Below, piece after piece: positions 18,102 through 27,913 of a stretch of DNA of 31,230 bases. The notes under the pieces are model-generated. The model worked only from the letters and a program-made list of their open reading frames with translations. It was not told where the DNA came from and made no database searches. The position numbers and the translations under genes were made by a program. Source of the DNA: an uncultured bacterium (GTDB lineage Bacteria > CSSED10-310 > CAZUFC01); the NCBI GenBank assembly GCA_964619725.1, contig CAZUFC010000100.1, positions 1 through 31,230 of the forward strand. Reading direction: 5' to 3'. How positions within the stretch are numbered: position 1 is the stretch's first letter; each line of letters opens with the position of its first letter.

Positions 18102-19502
18102 ATGAAAAAAGCAGGCTGTCCCGCTCAAAGAAAAAATAATTTGAAACTGTTTATTTTAACTTTTCTCTTTGTTAATTTTTTGTGTATCGCAGTCCGGGCG
18201 GACTCTTCTGAAGAAAAGGCGAAAGCTGAAAAGAAAGTTAATACAATGCTGCAGGAGAAGAAGAAAAATACTGCCGGGGACCATTCTGAAGTTCACACGC
18301 AAAGTTTTTATGACGATATGATCGGCGAAGGTCAAAAGATGCATGAGAAAGAAACGGACGAAGAGGAGAAAAAACGCCTTTCGGCATTAGGATATCTTCC
18401 GGGTTACAGACCGGGACCTGAAGAAAAAAACGTAACGATTTATGATGAGGAAAAGGCGTTCAACGGTTTAAATTTGTATATTTCCGGGCATGGACCTGAA
18501 GCCTTTTTGATTGACATGCACGGAAAAGTTTTGCATAGCTGGAGGTATCCCGGCGGGGATGAAAACGGCCCCTGTCCTGTCCCGGTTAAATACTTCAGAC
18601 GGGCGCGCCTTTTCAAAAACGGAGACTTGGGCGCCATACTGTCCAATTGCGGATTGCTTAAAATCGATAAAAATTCCAATCTGATATGGGCTTACGAACA
18701 ATTCTGTCATCATGATTTTCACGTTGATGAAGAGGGTAAAATTTTCGTGCTGATCAGCGAAGATTTGGACCTTCCAGGTAATGACCATATTACGTACATG
18801 GATGAACTGATAGCCGTTTTAACCCCGGACGGCAAGGAAATCAGGCGGGTTTCCCTGTGGGAATGTTTTAAAAATTCATTTTTCGCCCCGGCGCTGGATC
18901 AGATCGTATCGGTCGAAGTCGGCTTCGGCGCCATGCCTATCAAACCTGGAAAAAAAATAGTCAAAGATATTTTTCATGTGAACACCCTGGAAATCTTTGA
19001 CGGAAAACACCGGGAGCGCTCTGAAATCTTTAAAAAAGGCAACGCCCTGATCTCTATGAGAAATCCCAGCATGACGGCCATCGTTGATATGGAAAAGGAA
19101 AAAATCGTATGGATGATGACAGGAATGTGGAAACATCAGCATCAGCCTACGCTCCTGGATAACGGAAATATATTGATTTTTGACAATGAAGGACGAAACG
19201 GGAATTCCAGGGTGTTTGAATTCGATCCCCTGAGTCAAAAAGTCGGATGGATATACAGAGGTGAAAACCTCGACGTTTTCGTCTCAAAATTTTGCGGGTC
19301 GAATCAAAGATTGCCCAACGGCAACACGTTGATTACCGATTCGGTTTATGGCCGCGCTGTCGAAGTATTGCCGGACGGCACAATAGTCTGGAAATTCGTA
19401 AACCCACATAGAACGGGAAAAGAAAAAAATCATATCGGCACCTTATTCGAAGTCATAAGAATCACCCCGGATTTTCCTCTCACATGGCTCGCCGGAAATT
19501 AA
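18102..19502 (+). CDS. Arylsulfotransferase (ASST)-like beta-propeller protein
   Basis: Signal/TM segment; LIDMHGKVLHSW, HHD, DIFHVNTL, HQHQP..LDNGNILIFDN and QRLPNGNTLIT motifs. Confidence 0.85.
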   Translation: MKKAGCPAQRKNNLKLFILTFLFVNFLCIAVRADSSEEKAKAEKKVNTMLQEKKKNTAGDHSEVHTQSFYDDMIGEGQKMHEKETDEEEKKRLSALGYLPGYRPGPEEKNVTIYDEEKAFNGLNLYISGHGPEAFLIDMHGKVLHSWRYPGGDENGPCPVPVKYFRRARLFKNGDLGAILSNCGLLKIDKNSNLIWAYEQFCHHDFHVDEEGKIFVLISEDLDLPGNDHITYMDELIAVLTPDGKEIRRVSLWECFKNSFFAPALDQIVSVEVGFGAMPIKPGKKIVKDIFHVNTLEIFDGKHRERSEIFKKGNALISMRNPSMTAIVDMEKEKIVWMMTGMWKHQHQPTLLDNGNILIFDNEGRNGNSRVFEFDPLSQKVGWIYRGENLDVFVSKFCGSNQRLPNGNTLITDSVYGRAVEVLPDGTIVWKFVNPHRTGKEKNHIGTLFEVIRITPDFPLTWLAGN

Positions 19503-19578
19503 TCGAAGTTTTTTCATTCGCCGGTTATTGTTCTTCACCAGCGCCTATCCCCAGGCATTCCAAATTAAAGAAGAGTTT

Positions 19579-19771
19579 CTGGACAGGCGCTTGTTAACTC
19601 CCATCCTGTCAATCCAGGAAAAGATTAATTGAAACCGCCGGCTCTGCTTGATCAGACGCATGGTTCTTGAGTCATAGATGATTACATGACGTTACTGTTT
19701 ATTTCATCTTTAAGAAAAATTCGCTCGTTTATGGATCAAAAACCGCAGCGCCTGTCCAGTATAAAATTTTG
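19579..19771. repeat. Repeat family B: 13-bp inverted repeats; right portion also present at 30355
   Basis: CTGGACAGGCGCT (19579-19591) / AGCGCCTGTCCAG (19747-19759); 19715-19771 matches 30355-30411 at 52/57. Confidence 0.7.
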
Positions 19772-19799
19772 GATTGAGATTCAAGTTTCTATACAGACG

Positions 19800-21611
19800 C
19801 TAGTCAATGCTTCTGGGCACAATTCTCTTTTTCTGCTCTTCCATTTCTTTTGCCGGTTCTGTTTCTTCTGCAGTATCCGTCTCAGTTTCAGGCTCGGCGG
19901 GCGCTGCTATGACCGTTTCGCTTTCAACCTTGGGCCTTTGCGGCAGCGAAGGTTCCGGCTGCATCTGCTCCAGCGGAGGAAGTTCCTTCAACCTGTAGAG
20001 TTTAAACAGGTCGCGGCCGTCGTTCAACTTTAGTTCGTCTATTAATTCATATTCCTTTGCGTTGTCTGCGATATTTCGCCACATGAAATGTCGGTTATAG
20101 GTCAAAAGGTAATTGACGCCTTTATCCCTGAGGAAATTATTCACCAGCTTCTGATCGTCCGGGTTTCTCAATATTTTCCAGGCTTCGGGATCAATTAACC
20201 CGCCTAAATCGTAAACCGGCCGGTCGATCAGATAACCGAACGCGCCTATCATGTCAAAAGCGATCATTTCATTCTCCGGAACCTTTTCCTCCACCCACTC
20301 GACTGCTGTTTTTATTATTTCATATTGCTCTTCACCCGCAAAAATCTCATAGTTTCTCTGCGATCTGTAACCCCAGTATACCAGCATTAATCCCATAAAA
20401 GTATAAATTAAAATGCGACAAATTTTTCCTGTTTCGCCGTTACCACACCTTCTGCCTGATATATCTTCGCCAGAGCAGGCGGGAATGACCGACCGGCAGA
20501 GACTGACCGCAAGACTCATATATGCGGTCGGGAAAATCAGGATGCGATAACGCCAGGATGTTTCCGGATAATACACAAAAAAGAGTATCCAGGATATCAG
20601 GACGCTCAAATAAGCGAACCACAGCACATGAATTTTTTTTCTGCGCAATGAATCGATTACGGGAAGCATAGCAAAGGCGACGAAAAGAAACAGAAGGAGT
20701 CCCAGGTATCTGTATTCAGGAGCCTCGATGAGGTTGGACATTAAAGTTGCATTTGCTTGAAAGGAAAATTGTATTTTTTTCAGCCAGTGGAGATCGAGGT
20801 AAAAAGATTTCCTGGAAAGTATTTTTCCCACGTAGGTTACGGGTATGAACTGCCGGATATGGATATAGGTGTAAAGGGAATAGGGGAGAACGAGGGTGAG
20901 CAGCCCCAGGGCGGATAACGCGTAACTTTTTAATAACTCCCCGATATTCAAGCGTTTTTCAACCCGGCAGACCATGAACAAAAAAGCGATGTATGCGGCA
21001 AAAAGCGCCAGGAAATCAGGTCGCACCAGGACGGCGAATCCTAACGCCAATCCCGTCAGGTAGCTTTTTCGACTGTAATTTGTTTGAATCAAGAAAAGGA
21101 TGAACAGGAAGATGAAGACGGCCAGGGGCGTTTCCATGCCCGAAAGAGAAAACATGAAAAGGAAGGGATCGATGATGAAAAGGAGAGTGAATATAGTGGA
21201 TATGACGGCACTTTTTTTCGTCATCCTCCAGAGCAGAAGATAAAACAGTAAAACGTCACCTGTGAAAAACAGCAGTGAGGACAATTTAGCGGCGATGACC
21301 GCGTTGCCGCCGGTGATCAGCGTCGTTGCGGAAACTGCAAGAAGCCAGGCCAGGCTTGTGAAACCGAAGGATATTTCGCCTTCATTATAGACGGGACGCC
21401 CCAGCTTGACGAGGTTTTCCGCATACCTGCAGAAAATATAAGCATCGTCGTCGATTAAACTGGGAGAAGCGAAAATATAGATGCTTGCTGCGACAAGAGA
21501 TGCCAGGGCCAAAATCACGGGTATGATGGACTGTTTGCTGATAGCTCGAATCCCTTCTAAGATGCGCCCTTGCCGGAAAAAACCACGGGAACGGTCTTGA
21601 TGAGTATCCAC
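19800..21611 (-). CDS. Polytopic membrane protein, GT-C fold glycosyltransferase-like, with Pro/Glu/Thr-rich tail
   Basis: DDAYIFCRYAENL, SGMETPL, VRPD, DMIGAFGY and DLGGLID motifs; many TMs; start codon uncertain (overlaps the upstream gene). Confidence 0.75.
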   Translation of the reverse strand: MDTHQDRSRGFFRQGRILEGIRAISKQSIIPVILALASLVAASIYIFASPSLIDDDAYIFCRYAENLVKLGRPVYNEGEISFGFTSLAWLLAVSATTLITGGNAVIAAKLSSLLFFTGDVLLFYLLLWRMTKKSAVISTIFTLLFIIDPFLFMFSLSGMETPLAVFIFLFILFLIQTNYSRKSYLTGLALGFAVLVRPDFLALFAAYIAFLFMVCRVEKRLNIGELLKSYALSALGLLTLVLPYSLYTYIHIRQFIPVTYVGKILSRKSFYLDLHWLKKIQFSFQANATLMSNLIEAPEYRYLGLLLFLFVAFAMLPVIDSLRRKKIHVLWFAYLSVLISWILFFVYYPETSWRYRILIFPTAYMSLAVSLCRSVIPACSGEDISGRRCGNGETGKICRILIYTFMGLMLVYWGYRSQRNYEIFAGEEQYEIIKTAVEWVEEKVPENEMIAFDMIGAFGYLIDRPVYDLGGLIDPEAWKILRNPDDQKLVNNFLRDKGVNYLLTYNRHFMWRNIADNAKEYELIDELKLNDGRDLFKLYRLKELPPLEQMQPEPSLPQRPKVESETVIAAPAEPETETDTAEETEPAKEMEEQKKRIVPRSID

Positions 21612-23092
21612 AGGTCCAGGAGAAAGGATCGTTTTCTGATGTAATAGATATCGTATTTGACTCGCTGAGCCAGCGACGTGGTTCCACGGCAGATGATCTG
21701 CTGAAGTCCCGTAATCCCCGGCTTGACTTTCAGCCGCCTTCTCTGCCAGATGTCATACTGGTCTACGAAAATAGTCTCTTCAGGACGCGGACCTACGAAA
21801 CTCATATCTCCCTTCAGCACGTTGAGAAGTTGTGGAAGTTCATCCAGGCTGCTTTTCCTGAGAAATTTGCCGACTCTGGTCGTCCGGGGGTCGTCAGGCA
21901 TCTTGAAAACAGGTTCGGGCAACTGCTTTTCCTGGAGCAGGTTGTTGAGCAATTGAGGAGCGTTCAGGACCATCGTGCGGAATTTATACATATCGAAAGG
22001 GATGCCGTCTTTGCCTGAACGCTTCTGCCTGAAGACGGCCCTTCCCGGCGAATCGATCTTTATGGCCGCTACGATCACTATCCAGAGAGGGATGCTCAAA
22101 AGGAGAAGAACAAGAGAGAGCACAATGTCAAAGATTCTTTTGATGAACAGAGATGCCTGGTTCAGCGGCTTTTCCTGGAGCGTTACCATGGGAACGCCGT
22201 CCAAATCATATACGTCGGCGTAATCGATTAACAGATCATACACCGTGGGGACCATTTTGAGTCTTATATTGGATAATTCGCAGAAGGACACCAGTTCCAG
22301 AAGATCGTAATGCCCCAGGTCCGTCCGCGTCAGTATTACCTCATCCACGGGATGCGCTTCCACTATGTCCGCTAACTCACCCAACGCTCCCAGGCATGCC
22401 AGTCCCTCCATCAGCTCATCTCCACGGGTACCGTCCACGTATCCCAGAATGTGAAAACCGAGTTTCGGTTCCTGGTTGAGTTTCTGCGCCACGTAGCGAG
22501 CCATATTGTCGGAACCGATTATCAGGACATTTTTGACGTCGACGCCCGCTTCGCGCATCCTGTCTTCAAGCTTTTCCACGCTCCATCGAAACAGTATCAT
22601 CAGTAGAATATTGAAAAACCACGCTGTTATACATACCGAACGGGAATAGGAGAATTCTCTGAAAAAAAATGTCAGAGAAATTACGAAAACAGCGCTCAAC
22701 GTCACCGCTTTGACGATTTTATGGATGACGTCGATTGTTGAATAACGGTGCTCGCGATCATACAATCCGAAAACGGCGAAAAGCAGCAACCAGGTATAAT
22801 TCACCAATACCAGCGCCTTCAGGTATTCCCCAATCGGAGGGACTTCAACAGGCTGAACGAAAGGAAGCGGCGCCCACAGTTCGATGTGAAACCTCAACCA
22901 GAAGGCTGCGGCAAAGCTGATGTTCACCATTAAAAGATCGCCTGCGATAAGAACGATTTTCCAGAATAAATCGTGACGCTTTCGCTCGGAACGGCGCTTT
23001 CCGTTGTTCGATTTCAGTCTTCGCCTCGATTTCAATTTTATTTCCTGTTTTACGTCAGGTATGCATCCGTTATTTACTGCAGGATCACTCAT
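21557..23092 (-). CDS. Undecaprenyl-phosphate glycosylphosphotransferase (WcaJ/WbaP-like priming sugar transferase)
   Basis: KRIFDI, YKFRTM, DPRTTRVGKFLRKSSLDELPQLLNVLKGDMSFVGPRP and KPGITG motifs; N-terminal TMs and CoA-binding-like domain. Confidence 0.95.
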   Translation of the reverse strand: MSDPAVNNGCIPDVKQEIKLKSRRRLKSNNGKRRSERKRHDLFWKIVLIAGDLLMVNISFAAAFWLRFHIELWAPLPFVQPVEVPPIGEYLKALVLVNYTWLLLFAVFGLYDREHRYSTIDVIHKIVKAVTLSAVFVISLTFFFREFSYSRSVCITAWFFNILLMILFRWSVEKLEDRMREAGVDVKNVLIIGSDNMARYVAQKLNQEPKLGFHILGYVDGTRGDELMEGLACLGALGELADIVEAHPVDEVILTRTDLGHYDLLELVSFCELSNIRLKMVPTVYDLLIDYADVYDLDGVPMVTLQEKPLNQASLFIKRIFDIVLSLVLLLLSIPLWIVIVAAIKIDSPGRAVFRQKRSGKDGIPFDMYKFRTMVLNAPQLLNNLLQEKQLPEPVFKMPDDPRTTRVGKFLRKSSLDELPQLLNVLKGDMSFVGPRPEETIFVDQYDIWQRRRLKVKPGITGLQQIICRGTTSLAQRVKYDIYYIRKRSFLLDLWILIKTVPVVFSGKGAS

Positions 23093-24123
23093 GGCGCTTC
23101 TCCATTCGAACGCCGCAGTCCGAACCTCAACAATCCCGCAGCTAATCCCGTTCCCAGTCCGAGCGACCTTACCGCGATAAAAACCGGAGTGAGCAGTCCG
23201 ACGGCAGGGTCACGCAGGAATATCCCGGCGCTCATCGGAACTGTGCTGATCAAGTAGAAAAGAAAGCAGCCGAACAGGGGCCATCGCGCGGAAGTAACGA
23301 ACAGGTTGAGGAGAAGACCGAAAAGGAGAAGGGCGAAGAGTCCCATGTGCAATTTGAGTGACTGAGGAGTGTGAGTATCTTTATATGTTTTTTGCGGATG
23401 ACTGAGGAGCAATTTGACCTTCCAGTAGCCTATGCGGAATTTCTTTTTGAGATAATCCTTTAATGTCGAGGCATGCCTGTGATAAACACGGGCATGCGGT
23501 TGAAAGACCATCTTATACCCTTTTTCCCATACGCGAAAAGAAAATTCCTGGTCCTCGACCGAAGCGCCGGGAAAACTTTCGTCAAAACCTCCCGTTTCCT
23601 CCAAAAGAAAACGCCGGAAACCCGCGGAATAAGTGTCGATAAAATCAATTTCTTTGAAGGCGGCCATGCGTTTATACTTGTCTTCATATTCATATTGTAC
23701 GAAACGGGCCGTCAGTTCACGCTGCTTGGTCAAATAAGAACCCTTGACCCCCATCACTTCAGGATCGCAGAACGGCTCAATCATGTATTCCACCCAGTCG
23801 GATTGAGGAATACAATCAGCATCCGTAAACAAAACGATTTCGCCTTTCGCTTCCGCCCATCCCCTGTTGCGGGCCGCCGCCGGACCCTTACGGGAAGTCC
23901 CGCGAATTACCCTGACGCCGTATTTTTCCGCTATTTCCGTTGAACCGTCATCCGAACCGTCGTCCGATACGATTACATCAAGCCGCTTCCAGCTCACCGT
24001 CTGATGCTTCAATGCCTCCAGCGTTCCCCCCAACGTTTCCGCAGCATTATGACACGGAATTATTACGGAGATTATTCTGTTGTCTTCATTAACTTCGCTT
24101 GTGGTTTTCAATGAAGCTTCCAC
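23089..24123 (-). CDS. GT2 family glycosyltransferase with C-terminal TMs
   Basis: SVIIPCHN, DDGSDD, GPAAARNRG, FTDADC and GGFDESF..ASVED motifs. Confidence 0.92.
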   Translation of the reverse strand: MEASLKTTSEVNEDNRIISVIIPCHNAAETLGGTLEALKHQTVSWKRLDVIVSDDGSDDGSTEIAEKYGVRVIRGTSRKGPAAARNRGWAEAKGEIVLFTDADCIPQSDWVEYMIEPFCDPEVMGVKGSYLTKQRELTARFVQYEYEDKYKRMAAFKEIDFIDTYSAGFRRFLLEETGGFDESFPGASVEDQEFSFRVWEKGYKMVFQPHARVYHRHASTLKDYLKKKFRIGYWKVKLLLSHPQKTYKDTHTPQSLKLHMGLFALLLFGLLLNLFVTSARWPLFGCFLFYLISTVPMSAGIFLRDPAVGLLTPVFIAVRSLGLGTGLAAGLLRFGLRRSNGEAP

Positions 24124-25558
24124 GGAAAAGGTAACGGTAAAAAATTTTGAACGATTTTAACGTTCGTTGCGCTTCCGTGGGATGAAGCGCCGTCTGTTTC
24201 AATTTGAATAATAAATAACGGGGCCGCAGATAATACTCACGACGCGCCCTGTCGCAGAATTCCACCATCGACCGACTGTCCAGTCCCGGCAGATCAACCA
24301 CGCAATTGTGCAATCCGTCCCGCGTCAGCCACTCCCGAAAACTCCCGGCCGTTACGTATCCCTTCTCCTTGTAATGATCGTAACTTTGAGTTCCCGGATA
24401 CACCATAATGGGAAAAAACTGCGCGGTATCCGTGTTAAGTTTTTTGGCGAATTCCAATGTCTGGACCATGGTTTCTTCTGTTTCGCCGGGATTCCCCACC
24501 ATGAAACAACCATGCACCATGACGCCCGCAGATTTCGCAGCTTTCACGAAATTCCTGGCGTTCTCCAGTGTGTTGGATTTTCCCATATCATCCAATATGC
24601 CCTGGTTCCCGCTTTCAAATCCCACGCACAACAAACGGCAACCAGCCTTTCTCATCCAGCGCAAGGTCTCATAATCCACATCCGCGCGGGAATTGGCCGT
24701 CCATCTCAAACTATTGCCCTGTTTTATCAATGCCTGGCATATCTCACGACACCGTTCGGGATTAGCCGTCAACGTGTCGTCTTCAATGAATATCTCCTTG
24801 ACCTCAGAAAAATTCTCCCTGATAAACGCGAATTCCTTCACCACTTCATCTATCCCGCGCCATCGGTAGGCATGGCCGTTCTGAGTTTGAGGATAAACGC
24901 AGTATTTACAGCGATGAGGGCAGCCCCGACCTGTTATTATCGTCACTTCAGGCCATTGCGTTATCGAATAAAAATAATCCTTGTAATTGAGATAATCACG
25001 GTAAACGCGGCTGACGAACGGTAATTCGTCCAGGTCCTCTATGAACGGACGCGGCCGATTCCTCACTATCCGCTCTCCGTCACGATAAACGATACCCTTC
25101 ACGCCGCTTACGTCACTGCCGTTTTTCAGACACTCAGCATACTCCCGGATAGTGTATTCATATTCGCGATAAGCTACCGCATCAGCCGCCGGGCACGACT
25201 CCAGAGTCTCCTCCGGCAACGCGGAAACATGCGGTCCCACCAGAACGATAGCGCTGTCCGGCAATTTTTTCCGAATTAACGTCGCTATTTCCAGATCGTT
25301 GGCTATGCTCGGCGTGCTGGTCAGCAATACCGTCATATCAGGCCGCTTCTCCTCAGCATAACGCTCCACGTCCACTCTCGTCCAGTTGAGCGTCACGCCG
25401 TCCGCCAGATCAATATCATATCCCGCATCCTCCAACGTCCCCGCAGCATATGACAACCACATCGGATAATAGATCGTCCCGGACTTCGTTACCGCAGGAC
25501 TCCGCTGCTCACGAGAAAACCGGGGTAAAAAAGGAGGATTAAGAAAAAAAACCTTCAT
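24089..25558 (-). CDS. B12-binding domain radical SAM protein (HpnJ-like)
   Basis: N-terminal cobalamin-binding region (YYPMWLSY, VGPHVS), CxxxCxxC motif RGCPHRCKYC, EDDT and GFESG. Confidence 0.9.
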   Translation of the reverse strand: MKVFFLNPPFLPRFSREQRSPAVTKSGTIYYPMWLSYAAGTLEDAGYDIDLADGVTLNWTRVDVERYAEEKRPDMTVLLTSTPSIANDLEIATLIRKKLPDSAIVLVGPHVSALPEETLESCPAADAVAYREYEYTIREYAECLKNGSDVSGVKGIVYRDGERIVRNRPRPFIEDLDELPFVSRVYRDYLNYKDYFYSITQWPEVTIITGRGCPHRCKYCVYPQTQNGHAYRWRGIDEVVKEFAFIRENFSEVKEIFIEDDTLTANPERCREICQALIKQGNSLRWTANSRADVDYETLRWMRKAGCRLLCVGFESGNQGILDDMGKSNTLENARNFVKAAKSAGVMVHGCFMVGNPGETEETMVQTLEFAKKLNTDTAQFFPIMVYPGTQSYDHYKEKGYVTAGSFREWLTRDGLHNCVVDLPGLDSRSMVEFCDRARREYYLRPRYLLFKLKQTALHPTEAQRTLKSFKIFYRYLFRGSFIENHKRS

Positions 25559-25914
25559 CTATAAACACCTGACCGAAGCGGCATTATCGCGCCGCCTCAA
25601 TGAACTCCTGACTCATCAGGAAACTGTAAAAAGTTACTCTCGTGAAAATGTTCGCCAGGCCGGTTAAAAACGTCGACGTCCACTGATCGGAAAACATCGG
25701 ATGTGTCCTTCCTTCCGTTACTATTCATTAAGCTTCCATTCAAGAGCCCTCATCAGGAACATCAACAAATGCCCCGGCAGAACATCCTAAATCAAAAGTT
25801 TAACGAATAGTCAAGAAAAGTGTCAAGATATTCATGCGAAAAGAGGATTCAGATATCGTCATATACAAACCTGATCATACCCAGAAAACGATTTTTGCCC
25901 AAAAATAAAAATGC

Positions 25915-25952
25915 GGGACTGATCAAACCGGGGCGACGCTTTTAATAAAATA
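25915..25952 (+). mobile_element. Older degenerate MITE A left end, interrupted by copy 3
   Basis: GGGACTGATCAAACCGGGG followed by a diverged continuation that contains the target site of copy 3. Confidence 0.7.
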
Positions 25953-26106
25953 GGCACTGATCAAGCCGGGGTTACAATTCTTTCAAAACTTTTGACAATT
26001 TGTGTCGACATCGCAATCGGTATCGCCATCGTGATCGCAATCGAAACAAAATGATAGACGATTCTGTCGAATTGTAACCTCAAAAGACGCTTTTTTGATC
26101 AATGCC
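25953..26106 (+). mobile_element. MITE family A copy 3 (154 bp)
   Basis: Ends GGCACTGATCAA / TTGATCAATGCC; exact 8-bp duplication ATAAAATA at 25945-25952 and 26107-26114. Confidence 0.93.
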
Positions 26107-26178
26107 ATAAAATACTTGATTGATGAAAATCCCACAACACATTGAAACGGACCCACAACTGTCTGCAGGACGAACTCG

Positions 26179-26232
26179 CCGCCGACTCCGCTGAGCCCGC
26201 CAATTCCGCTCAGTCCGCCAAGCCCGCCATTT
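26179..26232. repeat. Six tandem 9-bp units CCGCYNANN
   Basis: ccgccgact ccgctgagc ccgccaatt ccgctcagt ccgccaagc ccgccattt. Confidence 0.8.
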
Positions 26233-26309
26233 AAAATCTCCCGCTTTGAATCAATCCTGCTCTGTGGTATTCTCATTTCCGCTTATTCCCACTGTTCCGG
26301 GACGGCATT

Positions 26310-27905
26310 ATGAATGGAAAAATGAAAACAGATCGTCGCTTCACGGCAGCCGCCGTCATTTTAATACTCATCCTTGCCGCGTCCCTTCGCCTCGTCAAAC
26401 TCCATCACCAGGACATGTGGGGCGATGAAGCCTGCATGCTGTATCTCTGCAGCGACTCACCCGCCGAAATAGTCGATGCCCTGGTCAGTCAAAATCGTCC
26501 CGACGTGGATGTGGCGCCTCCCGTTTATTTCCTGATTCTGCACGCCTGGATGAAAACCTTCGGCAGGACTGTAATCGGGATGCGCAGCTTTTCCGTTCTC
26601 GCCGGCATTCTATGCGCTTTATTCACCTTTTCATTCGTCCTCAGAACCAACCGGGACCTGAAAACGGCAACGCTCGCTGGAATGATAACCGCCGTCTCCG
26701 CCTTTCATCTCTGGTACTCCCAGGAAGCCCGCATGTATACCTTCGCCGCAATGCTTGTCCTGCTCTCCAATTTATACTTCTACGGCCTCTTCGCGCAGAA
26801 GAAAAAAAGCAGTTTCCTCCCCTGGTTCTTCTTTTCCCTCACCGCTTTATACACTCAATATTATGCTGTTATGGCTCTGACTGCTCAGTTCCTCTTCGTC
26901 ATCTTCGTATATCTGATCAACAGAAAAAATCTGCCTCTGAAACAATACCTCAAGGAAAATTCAAAATTCTTCATCGGATGTTTTCTCTTCCTCATACTTT
27001 TCGCACCATGGTTGCAGACCGTTCTGGTCGATTACTCCATGGCGAATGCCCCGGGAGGTTTCGCCAGTTATTTTCACCCGCTTTTTACCATCCCCTTTCT
27101 GTTCCTCAAATTTTCGATGTTCGGCAACCAGGAATTCATCTTCGAGCGCCTCCCGTTTTACGTCATCGGCGCAGCAGCCTTTCTGACCGCATTGGCGGGA
27201 ATTCTTAAACGCAGCGCATACCGTTCCGCCGGCATCGTTTTTTCCATTTTCATGCTTCTGTTTCCCGTGATTCTGGTCTATTCGGCAGCGTTGGTCGGAT
27301 TGAAAATTTACAAGAGTCATCCCTTTCTGATCTTTTCGCCTTATTTTTATCATCTCGCCGCAACCGGCCTGATGAACTATAAAAACAAAAAATTTAAAAC
27401 TCTGCTGATAACGGTCATCCTGGCCGCAAATCTGTTTACCGTTATAAATTTGAATTACAGTCCGGATTACAGAAAACCCAGGGTCAGAGAAGCACTGGCC
27501 AGCCTGAAAAACAAAATTGCTGCGGATGCTCCCATTTATAAACTGCCGGCAGCGATTCCCGCGCCTCTTGAAACTATGGGCGACTTCCTGGTCTGGAAAT
27601 ACTATAACCAGGACGAATTAAACGTTATCCCCATGACCGGCATGCAACGGGACGACCTGATGGCTCGATTTCCCGATACCCTGAACGAAAGCGAGGAATT
27701 CGCCGTCGTATACCAGGATAACCTTCTGATAAAACAAGATGCGGAGAAAATAGTCCGGTTTCTCTCCGATGAATTCCGGCAAACGGACCATTACGTCGTT
27801 GAGAGCCGCATGAGGGGTTTCAGCCTCATCATAAGGATATTCGGCCCTGGGGAAGTTGATCCGGAACCCGGCAGCGGCGGTCGAAACGATATATTTAAGG
27901 ATTAA
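26310..27905 (+). CDS. GT-C fold membrane glycosyltransferase (GT39/PMT_2-like)
   Basis: MWGDEA, PPVYFLILHAW, WYSQEARMY and LYTQYY motifs; multiple TMs. Confidence 0.85.
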   Translation: MNGKMKTDRRFTAAAVILILILAASLRLVKLHHQDMWGDEACMLYLCSDSPAEIVDALVSQNRPDVDVAPPVYFLILHAWMKTFGRTVIGMRSFSVLAGILCALFTFSFVLRTNRDLKTATLAGMITAVSAFHLWYSQEARMYTFAAMLVLLSNLYFYGLFAQKKKSSFLPWFFFSLTALYTQYYAVMALTAQFLFVIFVYLINRKNLPLKQYLKENSKFFIGCFLFLILFAPWLQTVLVDYSMANAPGGFASYFHPLFTIPFLFLKFSMFGNQEFIFERLPFYVIGAAAFLTALAGILKRSAYRSAGIVFSIFMLLFPVILVYSAALVGLKIYKSHPFLIFSPYFYHLAATGLMNYKNKKFKTLLITVILAANLFTVINLNYSPDYRKPRVREALASLKNKIAADAPIYKLPAAIPAPLETMGDFLVWKYYNQDELNVIPMTGMQRDDLMARFPDTLNESEEFAVVYQDNLLIKQDAEKIVRFLSDEFRQTDHYVVESRMRGFSLIIRIFGPGEVDPEPGSGGRNDIFKD

Positions 27906-27913
27906 CGTGCGAC

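Noticed and set aside
19686-20033. 115-aa ORF
   Set aside because: Spans repeat family B and the antisense of the GT-C tail.
24089-25558. Assigning the symbol hpnJ / hopanoid pathway
   Set aside because: Family resemblance only; no other hopanoid genes nearby, and the context is glycosyltransferases.
25983-26276. 97-aa ORF with Gly-rich and DCD repeats
   Set aside because: It is a translation of the 9-mer array and MITE hexamers; no sign of a real gene.
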